IMG/VR virus record: IMGVR_UViG_3300010413_002950
Coordinates: 1-64,000 of that record
DNA length: 64,000 nt
Source of the DNA: a virus
Reading direction: 5' to 3' (one strand)
Position numbers and translations under genes: made by a program. Under the pieces are notes generated by a model, which ran no database searches, had not been told where the DNA came from, and saw only the letters and a program-made list of their open reading frames with translations. Positions 18,807-29,022 of this stretch are shown one piece after another. The first letter of the stretch is position 1; every line of letters begins with the position of its first letter.

Positions 18807-19316
18807 TCAATACTTGTAAGCGCCTTCAAACATGCACACAAATTCTATACCTGCATCTGCAAACATCTGCTTTGATTCAGCTCCAGCATGATAATCATAT
18901 TCTGCTACAACCTTAAGGATACCACATTGGATAATAGCCATAGCGCAATCTCTACAAGGAACCATAGAACAATACAGAGTGGCTCCAGCTATAGCCACAC
19001 CATTCATAGCCGCTTGCAAGATAGCATTAATTTCACTATGGATGGTTCGCCGGCAATGCTCTTTAATGCTACCATCACCCTGAACTACTTTCTTCATAAG
19101 GTGGCCCACTTCATCACAGTGAGAAAATCCTCTAGGAGCCCCTACATAACCGGTTGTAAGGATACGGTTATCTCTTGTAATGACACAGCCAGATTTGCCA
19201 CGATCACAAGTAGCTCTTTCGCCTATATCATTCATGATCTTTATAAAGTATTGATCCCAACTTGGCCTTTTTGCATATTCTTCTATTGTGTAATTTATGT
19301 CAACTTTGACATCCAT
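18807..19316 (-). CDS. dCMP deaminase (ComEB-like)
   Basis: RPSWDQYF, RATC, GYVG, HSEINA, PCRDC zinc motifs. Confidence 0.93.
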   Translation of the reverse strand: MDVKVDINYTIEEYAKRPSWDQYFIKIMNDIGERATCDRGKSGCVITRDNRILTTGYVGAPRGFSHCDEVGHLMKKVVQGDGSIKEHCRRTIHSEINAILQAAMNGVAIAGATLYCSMVPCRDCAMAIIQCGILKVVAEYDYHAGAESKQMFADAGIEFVCMFEGAYKY

Positions 19317-19318
19317 AG

Positions 19319-19507
19319 CTATACCTCAATTGGAAAAGCATGTAGTTTAGTGGCAAATCGCTCCATCGGCAAATTCACAACTACTACATCTTTTGGTCCA
19401 AATTCTAAAATTACCTGACCTGCTGTTTTGCCAGGCTTAATTTGTCTTACTAATGATGTATTGATAATTCTCTTCAAACCGTCTTCTGCTGTAACTAGTA
19501 TATGCAT
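19319..19507 (-). CDS. hypothetical protein
   Basis: 62-aa ORF coupled to recA stop. Confidence 0.55.
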   Translation of the reverse strand: MHILVTAEDGLKRIINTSLVRQIKPGKTAGQVILEFGPKDVVVVNLPMERFATKLHAFPIEV

Positions 19508-20580
19508 TATTTCTTCTTCCTTAACTTCTTCTTAATCTGCTCTTCAGCTGCTTTCTGATCAAACTTCTTATTGGTTTCAGCTACCTTGGTATCTTCCTTA
19601 GCTAATAGCTTTTGAGCTATTTCATGTAGCACTTCATGATTATCATCTAAATACCTTTTGGCTTTCTCTCTACCTTGCCCTAGCTTTTCTTCATTATAAA
19701 GATAGTAAGAACCAGCCTTCTCTACTATCTCATTTTCTACAGCTAAATCCAAAACATCTGCTGATCTGCTTATACCAGTTCCAAATAGAATATCAAATTC
19801 ACAGCTTTTGAATGGAGCAGCTACTTTGTTCTTTACAACTCTAACTCTAGTTCTATTGCCTATAGAATTGTCATCTATCTTAATAGTTCCTACCCTACGG
19901 ATATCCAAACGCACACTAGAATAGAATTTTAAAGCGTTACCACCAGATGTAGTTTCTGGATTTCCAAACATGACACCAATCTTAGTTCTGATCTGGTTGA
20001 TAAAGAAAATAGCCGTATTAGTTGTTTTGGCATTTCCATTTAGCTTTCTTAGCGCTTGACTCATTAGTCTAGCTTGAAGGCCAACGTGAGAATCGCCCAT
20101 TTCTCCATCAATTTCGGCTTTAGGAACTAATGCTGCTACTGAATCAATAACGATAAGGCTTACTTCTCCAGATCTAACTAGCGTATCAGCTATTTCTAAA
20201 GCCTGTTCGCCATAGTCTGGTTGAGAGATAAGCAATTCCTCAGTATTAACCCCTAGCTTTCTGGCATAGGTTACATCAAGAGCATGTTCTGCATCTATGA
20301 AAGCAGCTATACCGCCATTTAGTTGACACTGCTGAATTGCATGTAAAGCTAAAGTTGTTTTGCCACTAGATTCAGGACCATATACCTCTATAATTCTACC
20401 CCTTGGATAGCCACCAATTCCAAGACATAGATCTAATGAGATCGAACCAGTAGGAATTACATCTACCTGAACGATCTCATTAGAATCCAGCTTCATGATG
20501 GAGCCCTTGCCATACTGCTTTTCTATCAAAGCAATAGCTGATTGCAGATCTAGATTTTGCTTTTTCTTTTTAGCCTTCAT
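19507..20580 (-). CDS. recA: recombinase RecA (bacterial type)
   Basis: [51 protein letters not shown]. Confidence 0.98.
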   Translation of the reverse strand: MKAKKKKQNLDLQSAIALIEKQYGKGSIMKLDSNEIVQVDVIPTGSISLDLCLGIGGYPRGRIIEVYGPESSGKTTLALHAIQQCQLNGGIAAFIDAEHALDVTYARKLGVNTEELLISQPDYGEQALEIADTLVRSGEVSLIVIDSVAALVPKAEIDGEMGDSHVGLQARLMSQALRKLNGNAKTTNTAIFFINQIRTKIGVMFGNPETTSGGNALKFYSSVRLDIRRVGTIKIDDNSIGNRTRVRVVKNKVAAPFKSCEFDILFGTGISRSADVLDLAVENEIVEKAGSYYLYNEEKLGQGREKAKRYLDDNHEVLHEIAQKLLAKEDTKVAETNKKFDQKAAEEQIKKKLRKKK

Positions 20581-21725
20581 GCTACTTTCTTTTTGCCCTT
20601 AGCTTTACCTGGTTTTCTGCCACGCTTCTTAGGCTTTTCAGCTACTTCTTCAAGCTCCTTATCAAGAGCTTCTATGCTTTCATCGATAACCTTATCAACT
20701 TCTTCCTCTGTCTCTTCAACTTCATCTTCAGAATCGCTATCTTCATCCGAATCATCATCCTCATCATCGTATTCTTCGCCATCCTCATCATCAGGATCAG
20801 CTTCTTCTTCCTCAACATCATCATCTTCATCTGTATCATCAGAGGAATTATTATCAACCGTATCATATGCCTTGATACAATCATCACGAAGATCGCACTC
20901 TTCACAATCGTCTTCAAATTCATCATAGTCAACACCAAAGCAATCTGGCTTTTCTTCAGAATCAGAATCATCATCAGCTACAGCTGATTTAAGATCTGCT
21001 TCAGACATAAGGTAATTAGCTATAATCCTAAAGAGATCACATTCTCCTCCTGGCTTCATAGCGTCTTTAACTCGCTTACGTAGCTTCTTAGGTAATCCCT
21101 GATTCGTATAAATCTCACAATCATAGTCAACCTTAAAGCCACTCTTGCCCTTTGGTGTTTTTGTAAGACAAAGCAAACAGGCATTATCTGGATCTGTGAT
21201 ATCTTTATCAAGTGCTTCAACGCCATAGCACATTTTTGACGTAAATTTATCAAAAACAGTAAAGCAAACTAATGCTACCATTGGCTCTCCATCCAAACTA
21301 CTCCATTCATCTGTCGAGCTTCTTCTATGCTTTATAGGAGTAGTACCAAATAGATATCTTGTATTTGCCTCTGAGCTTTCGCCTAAATCGCCCCTAGCTA
21401 TAGCTTCACAAACAGGACATTTGGTCTTCTTGGTTACAGTAAATGGCGTATTACGCTTTTTCAAAAATGCCTGAACCTTTGGATGAAGCAGAACCGGATT
21501 ATTAGCTACATCCAAACAGATCCTACCGCCATTAATATCAGGTATGTCATAGTGCATAGCCAATGGTACAAAGTTGAAGCCCTCGGTTTCAGGAAATGTG
21601 TCATTGTCATAATTCTGAGCGTGAAGATACAACAAGGTATCTCCCTTCTCAATTTTCCAGAAGCCTCCACCGCTATTAGAACTATCTTTTCTTTTCTGCG
21701 CAATTCGCTTATAGTTTAGTGCCAT
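20577..21725 (-). CDS. single-stranded DNA-binding protein (gp32-like)
   Basis: FWK near N-terminus, H..C..CPVC zinc ligands, long acidic tail, position next to recA. Confidence 0.65.
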   Translation of the reverse strand: MALNYKRIAQKRKDSSNSGGGFWKIEKGDTLLYLHAQNYDNDTFPETEGFNFVPLAMHYDIPDINGGRICLDVANNPVLLHPKVQAFLKKRNTPFTVTKKTKCPVCEAIARGDLGESSEANTRYLFGTTPIKHRRSSTDEWSSLDGEPMVALVCFTVFDKFTSKMCYGVEALDKDITDPDNACLLCLTKTPKGKSGFKVDYDCEIYTNQGLPKKLRKRVKDAMKPGGECDLFRIIANYLMSEADLKSAVADDDSDSEEKPDCFGVDYDEFEDDCEECDLRDDCIKAYDTVDNNSSDDTDEDDDVEEEEADPDDEDGEEYDDEDDDSDEDSDSEDEVEETEEEVDKVIDESIEALDKELEEVAEKPKKRGRKPGKAKGKKKVA

Positions 21726-22222
21726 TATACACCCTTTCTTTTCTTCAATTCTCTGAGTCTTTTCATTTTCTCAGTAGCTTTATCATTTGTTGTATATTTT
21801 GTATTCATGCCGGTACTTTCAAATTCAGATCTAAGGTTAGCACCTTTGCTACGTAGATTCTGAGATTTTTCTCTAAGAGCATGAACCATATTCTCTAGCA
21901 GCTTTACGTTTTTTTCGCAAGCAGCAATTCCATTTTTATACGCCATGAATAGATCGTCTGATTCTATTTTAGATTTTAGCTTCCATTCACTTTTAGCATG
22001 TTCTGATTTATTCTTCACAAGTTCAATTGTGTATTTAGCTCTCCATGTTCTATACTTGGAATCAGCTATTACTCTTTCTTCATAAGCCAGCCCTAGCAAT
22101 TCGCCATAGTAGGCTATTTTGGCAGAAACAGTATCCATCTCTTCAGATAGATCGGGCTGGATCTCTGTTTCTCTATCCCTATCATATTCTATTTCTTTAT
22201 TGCCTATTGTTAATTTAGTCAT
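21725..22222 (-). CDS. UvsY-like recombination mediator (putative)
   Basis: helical coiled-coil protein directly upstream of SSB and RecA. Confidence 0.5.
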   Translation of the reverse strand: MTKLTIGNKEIEYDRDRETEIQPDLSEEMDTVSAKIAYYGELLGLAYEERVIADSKYRTWRAKYTIELVKNKSEHAKSEWKLKSKIESDDLFMAYKNGIAACEKNVKLLENMVHALREKSQNLRSKGANLRSEFESTGMNTKYTTNDKATEKMKRLRELKKRKGV

Positions 22223-22374
22223 TCTTCTTCCTTCGTTATTTCATCAAACCCTCTTAATTCAATATACAAACATTCTGTACATTTTGCTGGAGTTGCGTAA
22301 CATGCTCCACTTTTAGCAAAAGGGCAAGAAAGAAATAATTGCAATATATCTGCAACCTGCTCTTCAGTATACAT
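22219..22374 (-). CDS. 51-aa hypothetical protein (not in ORF track)
   Basis: MYTEEQVAD...CYATPAKCTEC; coupled at both ends. Confidence 0.5.
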   Translation of the reverse strand: MYTEEQVADILQLFLSCPFAKSGACYATPAKCTECLYIELRGFDEITKEEE

Positions 22375-22676
22375 TATTCTTCTTCACCCCTAATAAATTT
22401 CTTAGCTTTACCTGCAGTTCCAAAAGTCATATATCTTTTAGGCTTGGTTACCATCTTTACTCGCTTATTGGAATAAACATTGCCTTGAAAGCAATTAACT
22501 TCTCTAGATGTTGTCATACGGCTTTTGAATTTGCCAAAGCCAGGAACCAGAACTGAGCTTCCATCTCTTATTCGTTCTAGAATTCTCCTAAAAACTTCAT
22601 CTACAACTTCTCTTAGATCTAATTTCTCACTACAATTTGGGCATCTAGCACCCAAGCTATTTAGTATTTTGCGCAT
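22374..22676 (-). CDS. HU/IHF-like DNA-binding protein
   Basis: VVDEVFRRILERIRDGSSVLVPGFGKF...FGTAGKAKKFI. Confidence 0.75.
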   Translation of the reverse strand: MRKILNSLGARCPNCSEKLDLREVVDEVFRRILERIRDGSSVLVPGFGKFKSRMTTSREVNCFQGNVYSNKRVKMVTKPKRYMTFGTAGKAKKFIRGEEE

Positions 22677-23217
22677 TCTGCATACCTCTCCAATCTTGCA
22701 ATTTTTTCTTCAAGAAATTTGATTCTAGCTTTATCTGTTGCCAATCATGCCAACCTTTTCCACCAACTTCAAACATATGTTCTCTACGTGCAAGGGTTAT
22801 CAGCATTTTTCTTTCTTGTAAAGCAGATCTTGATATCCCATCCCAAGGTTTTCTATGCGGTGCTTGCTTAATCATCTTGATGTAATGCCCTCTAGGATGT
22901 TTACTCAATCTCAATTCAAGTAAGCCATAACCAGGATATAGATCTTCAAGCTTAATAATTCCTTTTGGAACCAAAAAATACCTATAACTACCTACGCTAT
23001 ATCCACCCCGCTCAAAGCATTTATTCTTATTAGATAGATAGTCTGACCTAGAAGCTTTACACTCAATTACGGTACAAGTTCCCCTTACAGACCAACCAAT
23101 AACATCTGGTTGCTCAGATACGGATCCAACCACTAGCTCACAGAAAACAAGCTCTACTTTTTTCTTAAGCCAGGCAGCTCCAGCATTAACTAGATATGAA
23201 TGGGTTATGTCTATCAT
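22657..23217 (-). CDS. PD-(D/E)xK nuclease (MmcB-like)
   Basis: EQPDVIG, IECKASRSDY, YRYFLVP..I. Confidence 0.7.
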   Translation of the reverse strand: MIDITHSYLVNAGAAWLKKKVELVFCELVVGSVSEQPDVIGWSVRGTCTVIECKASRSDYLSNKNKCFERGGYSVGSYRYFLVPKGIIKLEDLYPGYGLLELRLSKHPRGHYIKMIKQAPHRKPWDGISRSALQERKMLITLARREHMFEVGGKGWHDWQQIKLESNFLKKKLQDWRGMQNAQNTK

Positions 23218-23484
23218 TCTTCTTCTTTTGGTCCTATATGCTGTTCACAGCCGCAACCACAATCCTCATTGTAAAGGCCATCATAGCCATTAGCTATTAA
23301 GTATTGTTTTTACTATGTCAAGAATTGTTATATCTGTTTTTTCAAATGACTCAATAATTTCTCTAATTGGACATTCAGAACAAATTTTTGCTTCTTTTCT
23401 TCTCTGTGTTTTACAATTTCGATACCACCAAGAATTTTCTTTTATCTTTTGCTTAATTCTAATTTCTACACCTGTTATTTTCAC
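23214..23484 (-). CDS. hypothetical Cys-rich protein apparently split by a +1 frameshift
   Basis: ORF 23290..23484 continues in the +1 frame from the A5 run (23307-23311) to TGA 23214, which overlaps the next ATG. Confidence 0.5.
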
Positions 23485-26400
23485 AGCAACTCCATAACGC
23501 CATTTTTAGCTTCAAGCAAGAATTCTTTACCATCTAGCTTTTTCAGATTTAGCTTCACAAAAGAGCCATAGCAAAGTTTATCTCTAAATTGTTCCCATGA
23601 AGAAGCAAAAGATAAAACTGAAATATTGCCATTTGCTCCAGCTAAATTGAAACGAGCCATTAGCCCATCATTCCTATCAAAAAATTCATGTAAATACGTA
23701 ACAACTCCAACTACCGTAAATCTTCCAGACTTCTTTATAGCCAATTTTTCCAAGTTGCGCAAGGCATTTGATCGCTCTTTTTTGTCTTTCCACTCATAAA
23801 TTTTAGCTGGATGCTTAACGGCTAATTGCTGCCAGATGCTTAAGTCAATTTTGTTTTCAATTCTATTGGATAATTCCTTTATATCTATAATGTAATGAGC
23901 ATTAAGCATCTGATACTTTTGGGTATAATCGCCAACTACCAAAACAGCTTTATCTTTCTCTACTGTATCTTTCCAGTGTGATAATAAATCCCATTTAAGC
24001 TTTACATTAATGTTCTTATCTAGTCCATCTAAAGCTATCTTATACCATTGCTTCCCCCAGCCCATAATAGCTTTCTTATCAGATGACATATTGCTATCGG
24101 CTGAATCTCCAACCGTTCTTTCTTCCCATGAGATTATAGATCCAACTACAGCATTAATACCATCAGCTGATAGCAATTCATCTGTAACCGTAGAAAATGG
24201 TATAGCTATATGCTTATGAAGGAAGCTTTCCCAAATGATGTAAGCGTGTTGCGGTAAAGCTAATGGGTTAACAGCTGAAGAAATTAGCAATCGCTTATTC
24301 TTATTCCACCTCAATTTGGTTTTAGAAGTTTCTAATTCTTCATTTATTGCATCCCAATCTTTCTTTTTAGCTAATTCCCATAGCTGTTGGATATTCTTTC
24401 TAGTATATCTAGGATTTGGCAATAGTGAATCTAAAGCTCCAGATTCTATAAGGCTATACATTGTTCTTACCGTTACAGCTCTACCTTTAACTTTCTTAAG
24501 GAAGTCTACAAAACTTGTATATGGCTTATCGCCCTCAACTATAGCTTTTACTGCAGCTGGCCCTAGCCCCTTGATATCTCCTAATGAAGCTCTTATAGAA
24601 TTTGCTTTTCTATCAATTGCTATATCGTACCCAGAGATATTGACATCTGGAAATGCTGTTTCTATGCCCTTCCTTTTAGCATCTCTAGCATATCTATGTA
24701 TAGCTGTTTGATCTGTTGAATTCTTCATAAGAGCCCAATAGAATTCTATTGGATAATGCTTCTTAAGATACATTGTCCAATAAGCTAATAGCCCATAGCA
24801 AATAGCATGAGATCTATTGAAGCTATACCGTCCAGCCTTAGTTATTTGCTCAAATAAAGCTTCAGCTGTTTCTTTAGGCATGTCAGGGGTATGCTTTTCG
24901 CAACCTTCAAGAAACTTATCGCCTAAAGACTTTAGCAATTCCATCTTCTTCTTACCAACGGCTTTTCTCAACACATCAGCTTCAGCTGCAGAGAAGCCAG
25001 CTATCTCAATAGCTATCTTGATAAGATGCTCCTGAAATACCATCAACCCTTCTGCGTCTTTTGTTATCTCTGTAATCTTCTCATGGTATATGTGCTTCTT
25101 AGTTAATTCTTCATTGGCCCTACGCTTCTTGAATTCTTCAGCAAAAGCTATAGCACCCGGCCTATTAATAGCCGTGATAACTGCTAAATCATCAAACCAT
25201 TTGAACTTTAGCCCTTTACAAACAGCATAAGATGAAGAAGAGTCATATTGAAAGATTCCCACAAAGTCTAATTCCGTAAAGCCATCAATTGTTTCTTGAT
25301 CGTCTAATGGTATATCTTCAAGTATTAGCTCATTGCCGTTTTCCTTAATAGCTTTAACTGCATCTGCTATTACAGTTACTGTTTTTAGGCCAAGGATATC
25401 AATCTTGAGTAACCCCACCCCTTCTACACCCTTGAGATCAAAAGCTACACACTTAATTGCTTTACCAGCTGGCCTTCTAACCTCTACAGGAACTATGTCT
25501 GTAAGTGGCTTAGGCGACACTACTATTCCTGCAGCATGAAGGCCAACGCTTTTCATTAGCCCTTCTGTCTTCTTAGCAAATTCAATTACTTCGGGATACT
25601 TTTCATTGAATTCTTTCATCCTATCGTTTTCATCAAGTGCTTTCTGAATTGCATCTTCTTCTTTAGAATCAATAGCCATAGATAAACTATTAGCTACAGA
25701 AAATGGGACATCATAGGTTCTAGCTACATCCTTGAAAGCCAACTTAGCTGCCATTGTTCCATGAGTAGAGATCTGAGCTACCTTATCTTCTCCATAGGTT
25801 TTTATGATGTAATCAAATATTTCTTCGCGTCTAGTGAAGTCGAAGTCACAATCGCAATCTGGCATATCTTGCCGGCCGGGGGAAATAAAGCGTTCAAACA
25901 TAAGATTATGTTGAATAGGATCTACATGGGTTATACCAACAAGATAATAGATTAAACTTCCGCTACTGCTGCCTCTTCCTGGACCAAATGGTATACCAGC
26001 TCTTATTGCAAAATCATATATGTCTCTTATCATTAATGTATATCTAACAAAACCAGATTTCAAAAGCACGCCCAATTCATGCTTCATTCGCTTACGGTAA
26101 ATAGCTACAGCTTCATCTTCGGCTATTCCAATCTGTCTGCTATAAGCTACAGCTCTTTTAGGTATCTGCCTATTTCTGTAGCCTTCTTTCACAAGATGAA
26201 GAAAATACTGATTCTCATTCTCAAATTCTTTAGGGATATGGACATTAGGCAATAGGCATTTTAGCGGATCAATTTCTATTTTAGCTTCACATCTATCAGC
26301 AAATTCTATGGTGTTATTCAGAGAGTCAATTATGTATTTCTTGTCTATGCCATGGCTATTAAAGCTTTCCTTCATTTCCTTTCGTGTTTTATACCAATAG

Positions 26401-27200
26401 CTATCTCCCTCAAACTTGAAGCGATCTTCATCACTAAGCTTTGATTGCGTATTCATAGCTAGCATGACTTCGTGAAACCGGATATCATCTTCGGAGCAAT
26501 AATGAGAATCTTGTGTAGCTATTAACTTATTTCCATACTTTTTATGAATTCTAACTATTTCATTATTTGTAAATATTTGCCTTTCAAACTCATGTGGCAT
26601 GATCTCAAGATATAGCCGATCGCCAAATATGCCACATAACCTGTCTAGAAGACTCTCTGTTCTAAGTATTTGCTTATTATGTATTGCATCATTAAGAATT
26701 GAGCCGATACAGCCAGAGCCTAATAGAATTCCGCTATTGTATTTCTCTAGCAAATCTAGATCGATCCGTGGCTTATAGTAATAGCCTTCATCCCAGCCTA
26801 TGCTACTTAGCCTATAGAGATTTCTTAGACCTTCATTATTCATAGCCCATGCTGTTATGTGGTATCGCTTATTTACTCCTAGCTTTTCTTCTAGCTCTTT
26901 TCTTGCTTTCTTTTGTTCTGCTTTTCCATCTATTCCAGCTATGTCTAATTTTTCTTCTTCTGTTAATCCTTTTCTACTTATATCATCACAAATGTAAAAT
27001 TCAATGCCATGTAGCGCCTTGATACCGGACTTATTGCATTCTTCTTGAAGCTTGTAGCTACCTCGCATAGTGCCATGATCGGTAATAGCTACAGCTCGAT
27101 AGCCTCTTTCAGCTGCAGCTGTAACATAAGCTTCAACCGTAGCACAACCATCAAGTTGTGAGTAGTCGCTGTGACAATGAAGATGTACTAAATCTTGCAT
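23481..27200 (-). CDS. dnaE: DNA polymerase III alpha subunit
   Basis: PHP HLHCHSDYS.LDG/TDHG, GRGSSSGS, FERF, PDCDCD, HAAG, KIDILGL, FNRSH. Confidence 0.96.
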   Translation of the reverse strand: MQDLVHLHCHSDYSQLDGCATVEAYVTAAAERGYRAVAITDHGTMRGSYKLQEECNKSGIKALHGIEFYICDDISRKGLTEEEKLDIAGIDGKAEQKKARKELEEKLGVNKRYHITAWAMNNEGLRNLYRLSSIGWDEGYYYKPRIDLDLLEKYNSGILLGSGCIGSILNDAIHNKQILRTESLLDRLCGIFGDRLYLEIMPHEFERQIFTNNEIVRIHKKYGNKLIATQDSHYCSEDDIRFHEVMLAMNTQSKLSDEDRFKFEGDSYWYKTRKEMKESFNSHGIDKKYIIDSLNNTIEFADRCEAKIEIDPLKCLLPNVHIPKEFENENQYFLHLVKEGYRNRQIPKRAVAYSRQIGIAEDEAVAIYRKRMKHELGVLLKSGFVRYTLMIRDIYDFAIRAGIPFGPGRGSSSGSLIYYLVGITHVDPIQHNLMFERFISPGRQDMPDCDCDFDFTRREEIFDYIIKTYGEDKVAQISTHGTMAAKLAFKDVARTYDVPFSVANSLSMAIDSKEEDAIQKALDENDRMKEFNEKYPEVIEFAKKTEGLMKSVGLHAAGIVVSPKPLTDIVPVEVRRPAGKAIKCVAFDLKGVEGVGLLKIDILGLKTVTVIADAVKAIKENGNELILEDIPLDDQETIDGFTELDFVGIFQYDSSSSYAVCKGLKFKWFDDLAVITAINRPGAIAFAEEFKKRRANEELTKKHIYHEKITEITKDAEGLMVFQEHLIKIAIEIAGFSAAEADVLRKAVGKKKMELLKSLGDKFLEGCEKHTPDMPKETAEALFEQITKAGRYSFNRSHAICYGLLAYWTMYLKKHYPIEFYWALMKNSTDQTAIHRYARDAKRKGIETAFPDVNISGYDIAIDRKANSIRASLGDIKGLGPAAVKAIVEGDKPYTSFVDFLKKVKGRAVTVRTMYSLIESGALDSLLPNPRYTRKNIQQLWELAKKKDWDAINEELETSKTKLRWNKNKRLLISSAVNPLALPQHAYIIWESFLHKHIAIPFSTVTDELLSADGINAVVGSIISWEERTVGDSADSNMSSDKKAIMGWGKQWYKIALDGLDKNINVKLKWDLLSHWKDTVEKDKAVLVVGDYTQKYQMLNAHYIIDIKELSNRIENKIDLSIWQQLAVKHPAKIYEWKDKKERSNALRNLEKLAIKKSGRFTVVGVVTYLHEFFDRNDGLMARFNLAGANGNISVLSFASSWEQFRDKLCYGSFVKLNLKKLDGKEFLLEAKNGVMELL

Positions 27201-27206
27201 TAGCTA

Positions 27207-27503
27207 TCAGCCGCGAGCTATAAATCTTTTTTGGCAATACAAACAATTTTCATCAGTGCATTCATCATACATGTTCAAAGCAGGAGGGCAATTATCAAGT
27301 ACAATTGCATACGCTCTTTTCAAACAGGCTATAAGCTTGGAATTTTGTGAACGCAATTGTTCAATCTCATCACACTGTTTACGGATCTTTTTTATTGCAA
27401 GTGCAGTACCTTCAGTCTTCATATGTATTACCCTTTGTGCTGCCATACATCCTTCACAGTCTGGATTTAGCTCTGCTACTCTTACTACGGGCGCATTAGT
27501 CAT
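27207..27503 (-). CDS. hypothetical Cys-rich coiled-coil protein
   Basis: 98-aa ORF, CEGC and CLYC. Confidence 0.55.
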   Translation of the reverse strand: MTNAPVVRVAELNPDCEGCMAAQRVIHMKTEGTALAIKKIRKQCDEIEQLRSQNSKLIACLKRAYAIVLDNCPPALNMYDECTDENCLYCQKRFIARG

Positions 27504-27510
27504 TTTTTAT

Positions 27511-28203
27511 CTACCTCTCAGGAATCTGCAAAATTCCCTGCTTAGCTAAAGCTGATAGCAACTCAACCAATATAGCTACTTCTTCAAAGCCACAGCGTAA
27601 AACCTTAGATCTAAATTGGCCTTCGTGAAATTTTCTGATATCTAGCTTATTGAAATCAGCTTCTTTCAAAATATCCTTTACCATTCTTCTTGATACCGGC
27701 AATTCGGCTGTTAGCTTAGCAAGATTTGTTTTGAAGTGCAATGAGATAAGGGCAAGATCCTTAACTCTATTGGTTTTACAGTACCAGCTGATATATCCAG
27801 TAGTTCTTAACTTATCTACAGAATAGATTGTTCCAGCCTTTATTACTATCAACTTCTTCTCACCAGTAGCAATCTTGTTTACCACTCTTCTTGGAAATGC
27901 CTGAGATAACAGCTTTTCAAAATGTTCGTACAAATGCCATAATTCATCAGGATAATCTACTCTAGCACCTTTCTTACCCCTTCTTCTAATTGCTGGCTTC
28001 TTCAGAAATGGTACTATCAATTCTTCAACTTCTTCAAGACTCATATCCTGAATTATATCATCTACATCAACAGAATTAGCTTTGCAGTATTTCTTTAGAG
28101 CTTTACAGCCATTTCTCCAGCCACAAGGTTTTTCTTTAGCTTGACCGTCACAGCTCGGATCACCTAGCTCATATCTACCAGCACATTCAGATAGTTTGGT
28201 CAT
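27511..28203 (-). CDS. hypothetical protein with N-terminal Cys4 motif
   Basis: 230-aa ORF. Confidence 0.6.
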   Translation of the reverse strand: MTKLSECAGRYELGDPSCDGQAKEKPCGWRNGCKALKKYCKANSVDVDDIIQDMSLEEVEELIVPFLKKPAIRRRGKKGARVDYPDELWHLYEHFEKLLSQAFPRRVVNKIATGEKKLIVIKAGTIYSVDKLRTTGYISWYCKTNRVKDLALISLHFKTNLAKLTAELPVSRRMVKDILKEADFNKLDIRKFHEGQFRSKVLRCGFEEVAILVELLSALAKQGILQIPER

Positions 28204-28513
28204 GCTTAATTCTCTTAGCTAATATACCAATATAATCACAGATATCTAAGCACTTATTAATTTCTTCTACTGGAAACCCATTTGGTAAAATCAGTAATTC
28301 TTGATCTGCAGCTACATCTTGAAGGCCAAATTTAGAATACAGTTTTACCATATTTGAAAAGTACTTTTCTACTTTTTCTGGTTCTCCGTGCTTTATCAAA
28401 ACAGAATGTTTAGCATCATAGCAAAATGCAACTTGCTCATATAAAGCTACAATCTCATTTAGATCTTCATCAAATAAGTTATACTTTCCATCTTCATATT
28501 TATAATGATACAT
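28187..28513 (-). CDS. hypothetical protein
   Basis: ORF 28187..28567; likely start MYHYKY. Confidence 0.55.
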   Translation of the reverse strand: MYHYKYEDGKYNLFDEDLNEIVALYEQVAFCYDAKHSVLIKHGEPEKVEKYFSNMVKLYSKFGLQDVAADQELLILPNGFPVEEINKCLDICDYIGILAKRIKHDQTI

Positions 28514-28536
28514 TATTCTACCCAGCAATCTCTCAT

Positions 28537-29022
28537 CTAACCATCTCCCAAAAATTCCCACAAACAATTCTCAATTAATAATCTACTATTCTCATGCAAT
28601 ATTAGCTTATCTTTATTGGCCCTATACCAGCTAACCGGCTCACTAAATCCTTGAGCCCTACCAGCTCCAGCCCAATCGCAAACCATCTCAAGACAATACT
28701 TAAATGGTATCTCCATACACTTCAATTCGCCATTATCTTTTGGCTGTATCCAATATTGCCAATGATGTTTATTGCATTTCTGATGCCAGAACCAAGCTTT
28801 AGCAAATTCTTCATTGGCAGTTGGATCATAATAGCCTGTTTTGTCTCTCACAACTTCTTTAGAGCCATAGAATCTTTCGACATATGGAAACCACTCACGA
28901 GGCAAAAACTTGCTCATATCATGAGATATTCCTTGCCAATACAGCCCATGCTTCCAGCATTCAACAAGTACATACCATTTATGCCTAAGAACATAGCTCA
29001 AATATTTTAGGTGTTTATTCAT
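28537..29022 (-). CDS. HD-superfamily protein (DUF5662-like), copy 2
   Basis: HKWYV, HDMSKF, HQKCNKHHWQYW, EMVCDW. Confidence 0.8.
   Translation of the reverse strand: MNKHLKYLSYVLRHKWYVLVECWKHGLYWQGISHDMSKFLPREWFPYVERFYGSKEVVRDKTGYYDPTANEEFAKAWFWHQKCNKHHWQYWIQPKDNGELKCMEIPFKYCLEMVCDWAGAGRAQGFSEPVSWYRANKDKLILHENSRLLIENCLWEFLGDG

Noticed and set aside
20700-20860. TCA/TCT-rich apparent tandem repeat
   Set aside because: Simply Asp/Glu codons of the SSB acidic tract; the 20672..20974 ORF is its off-frame shadow.
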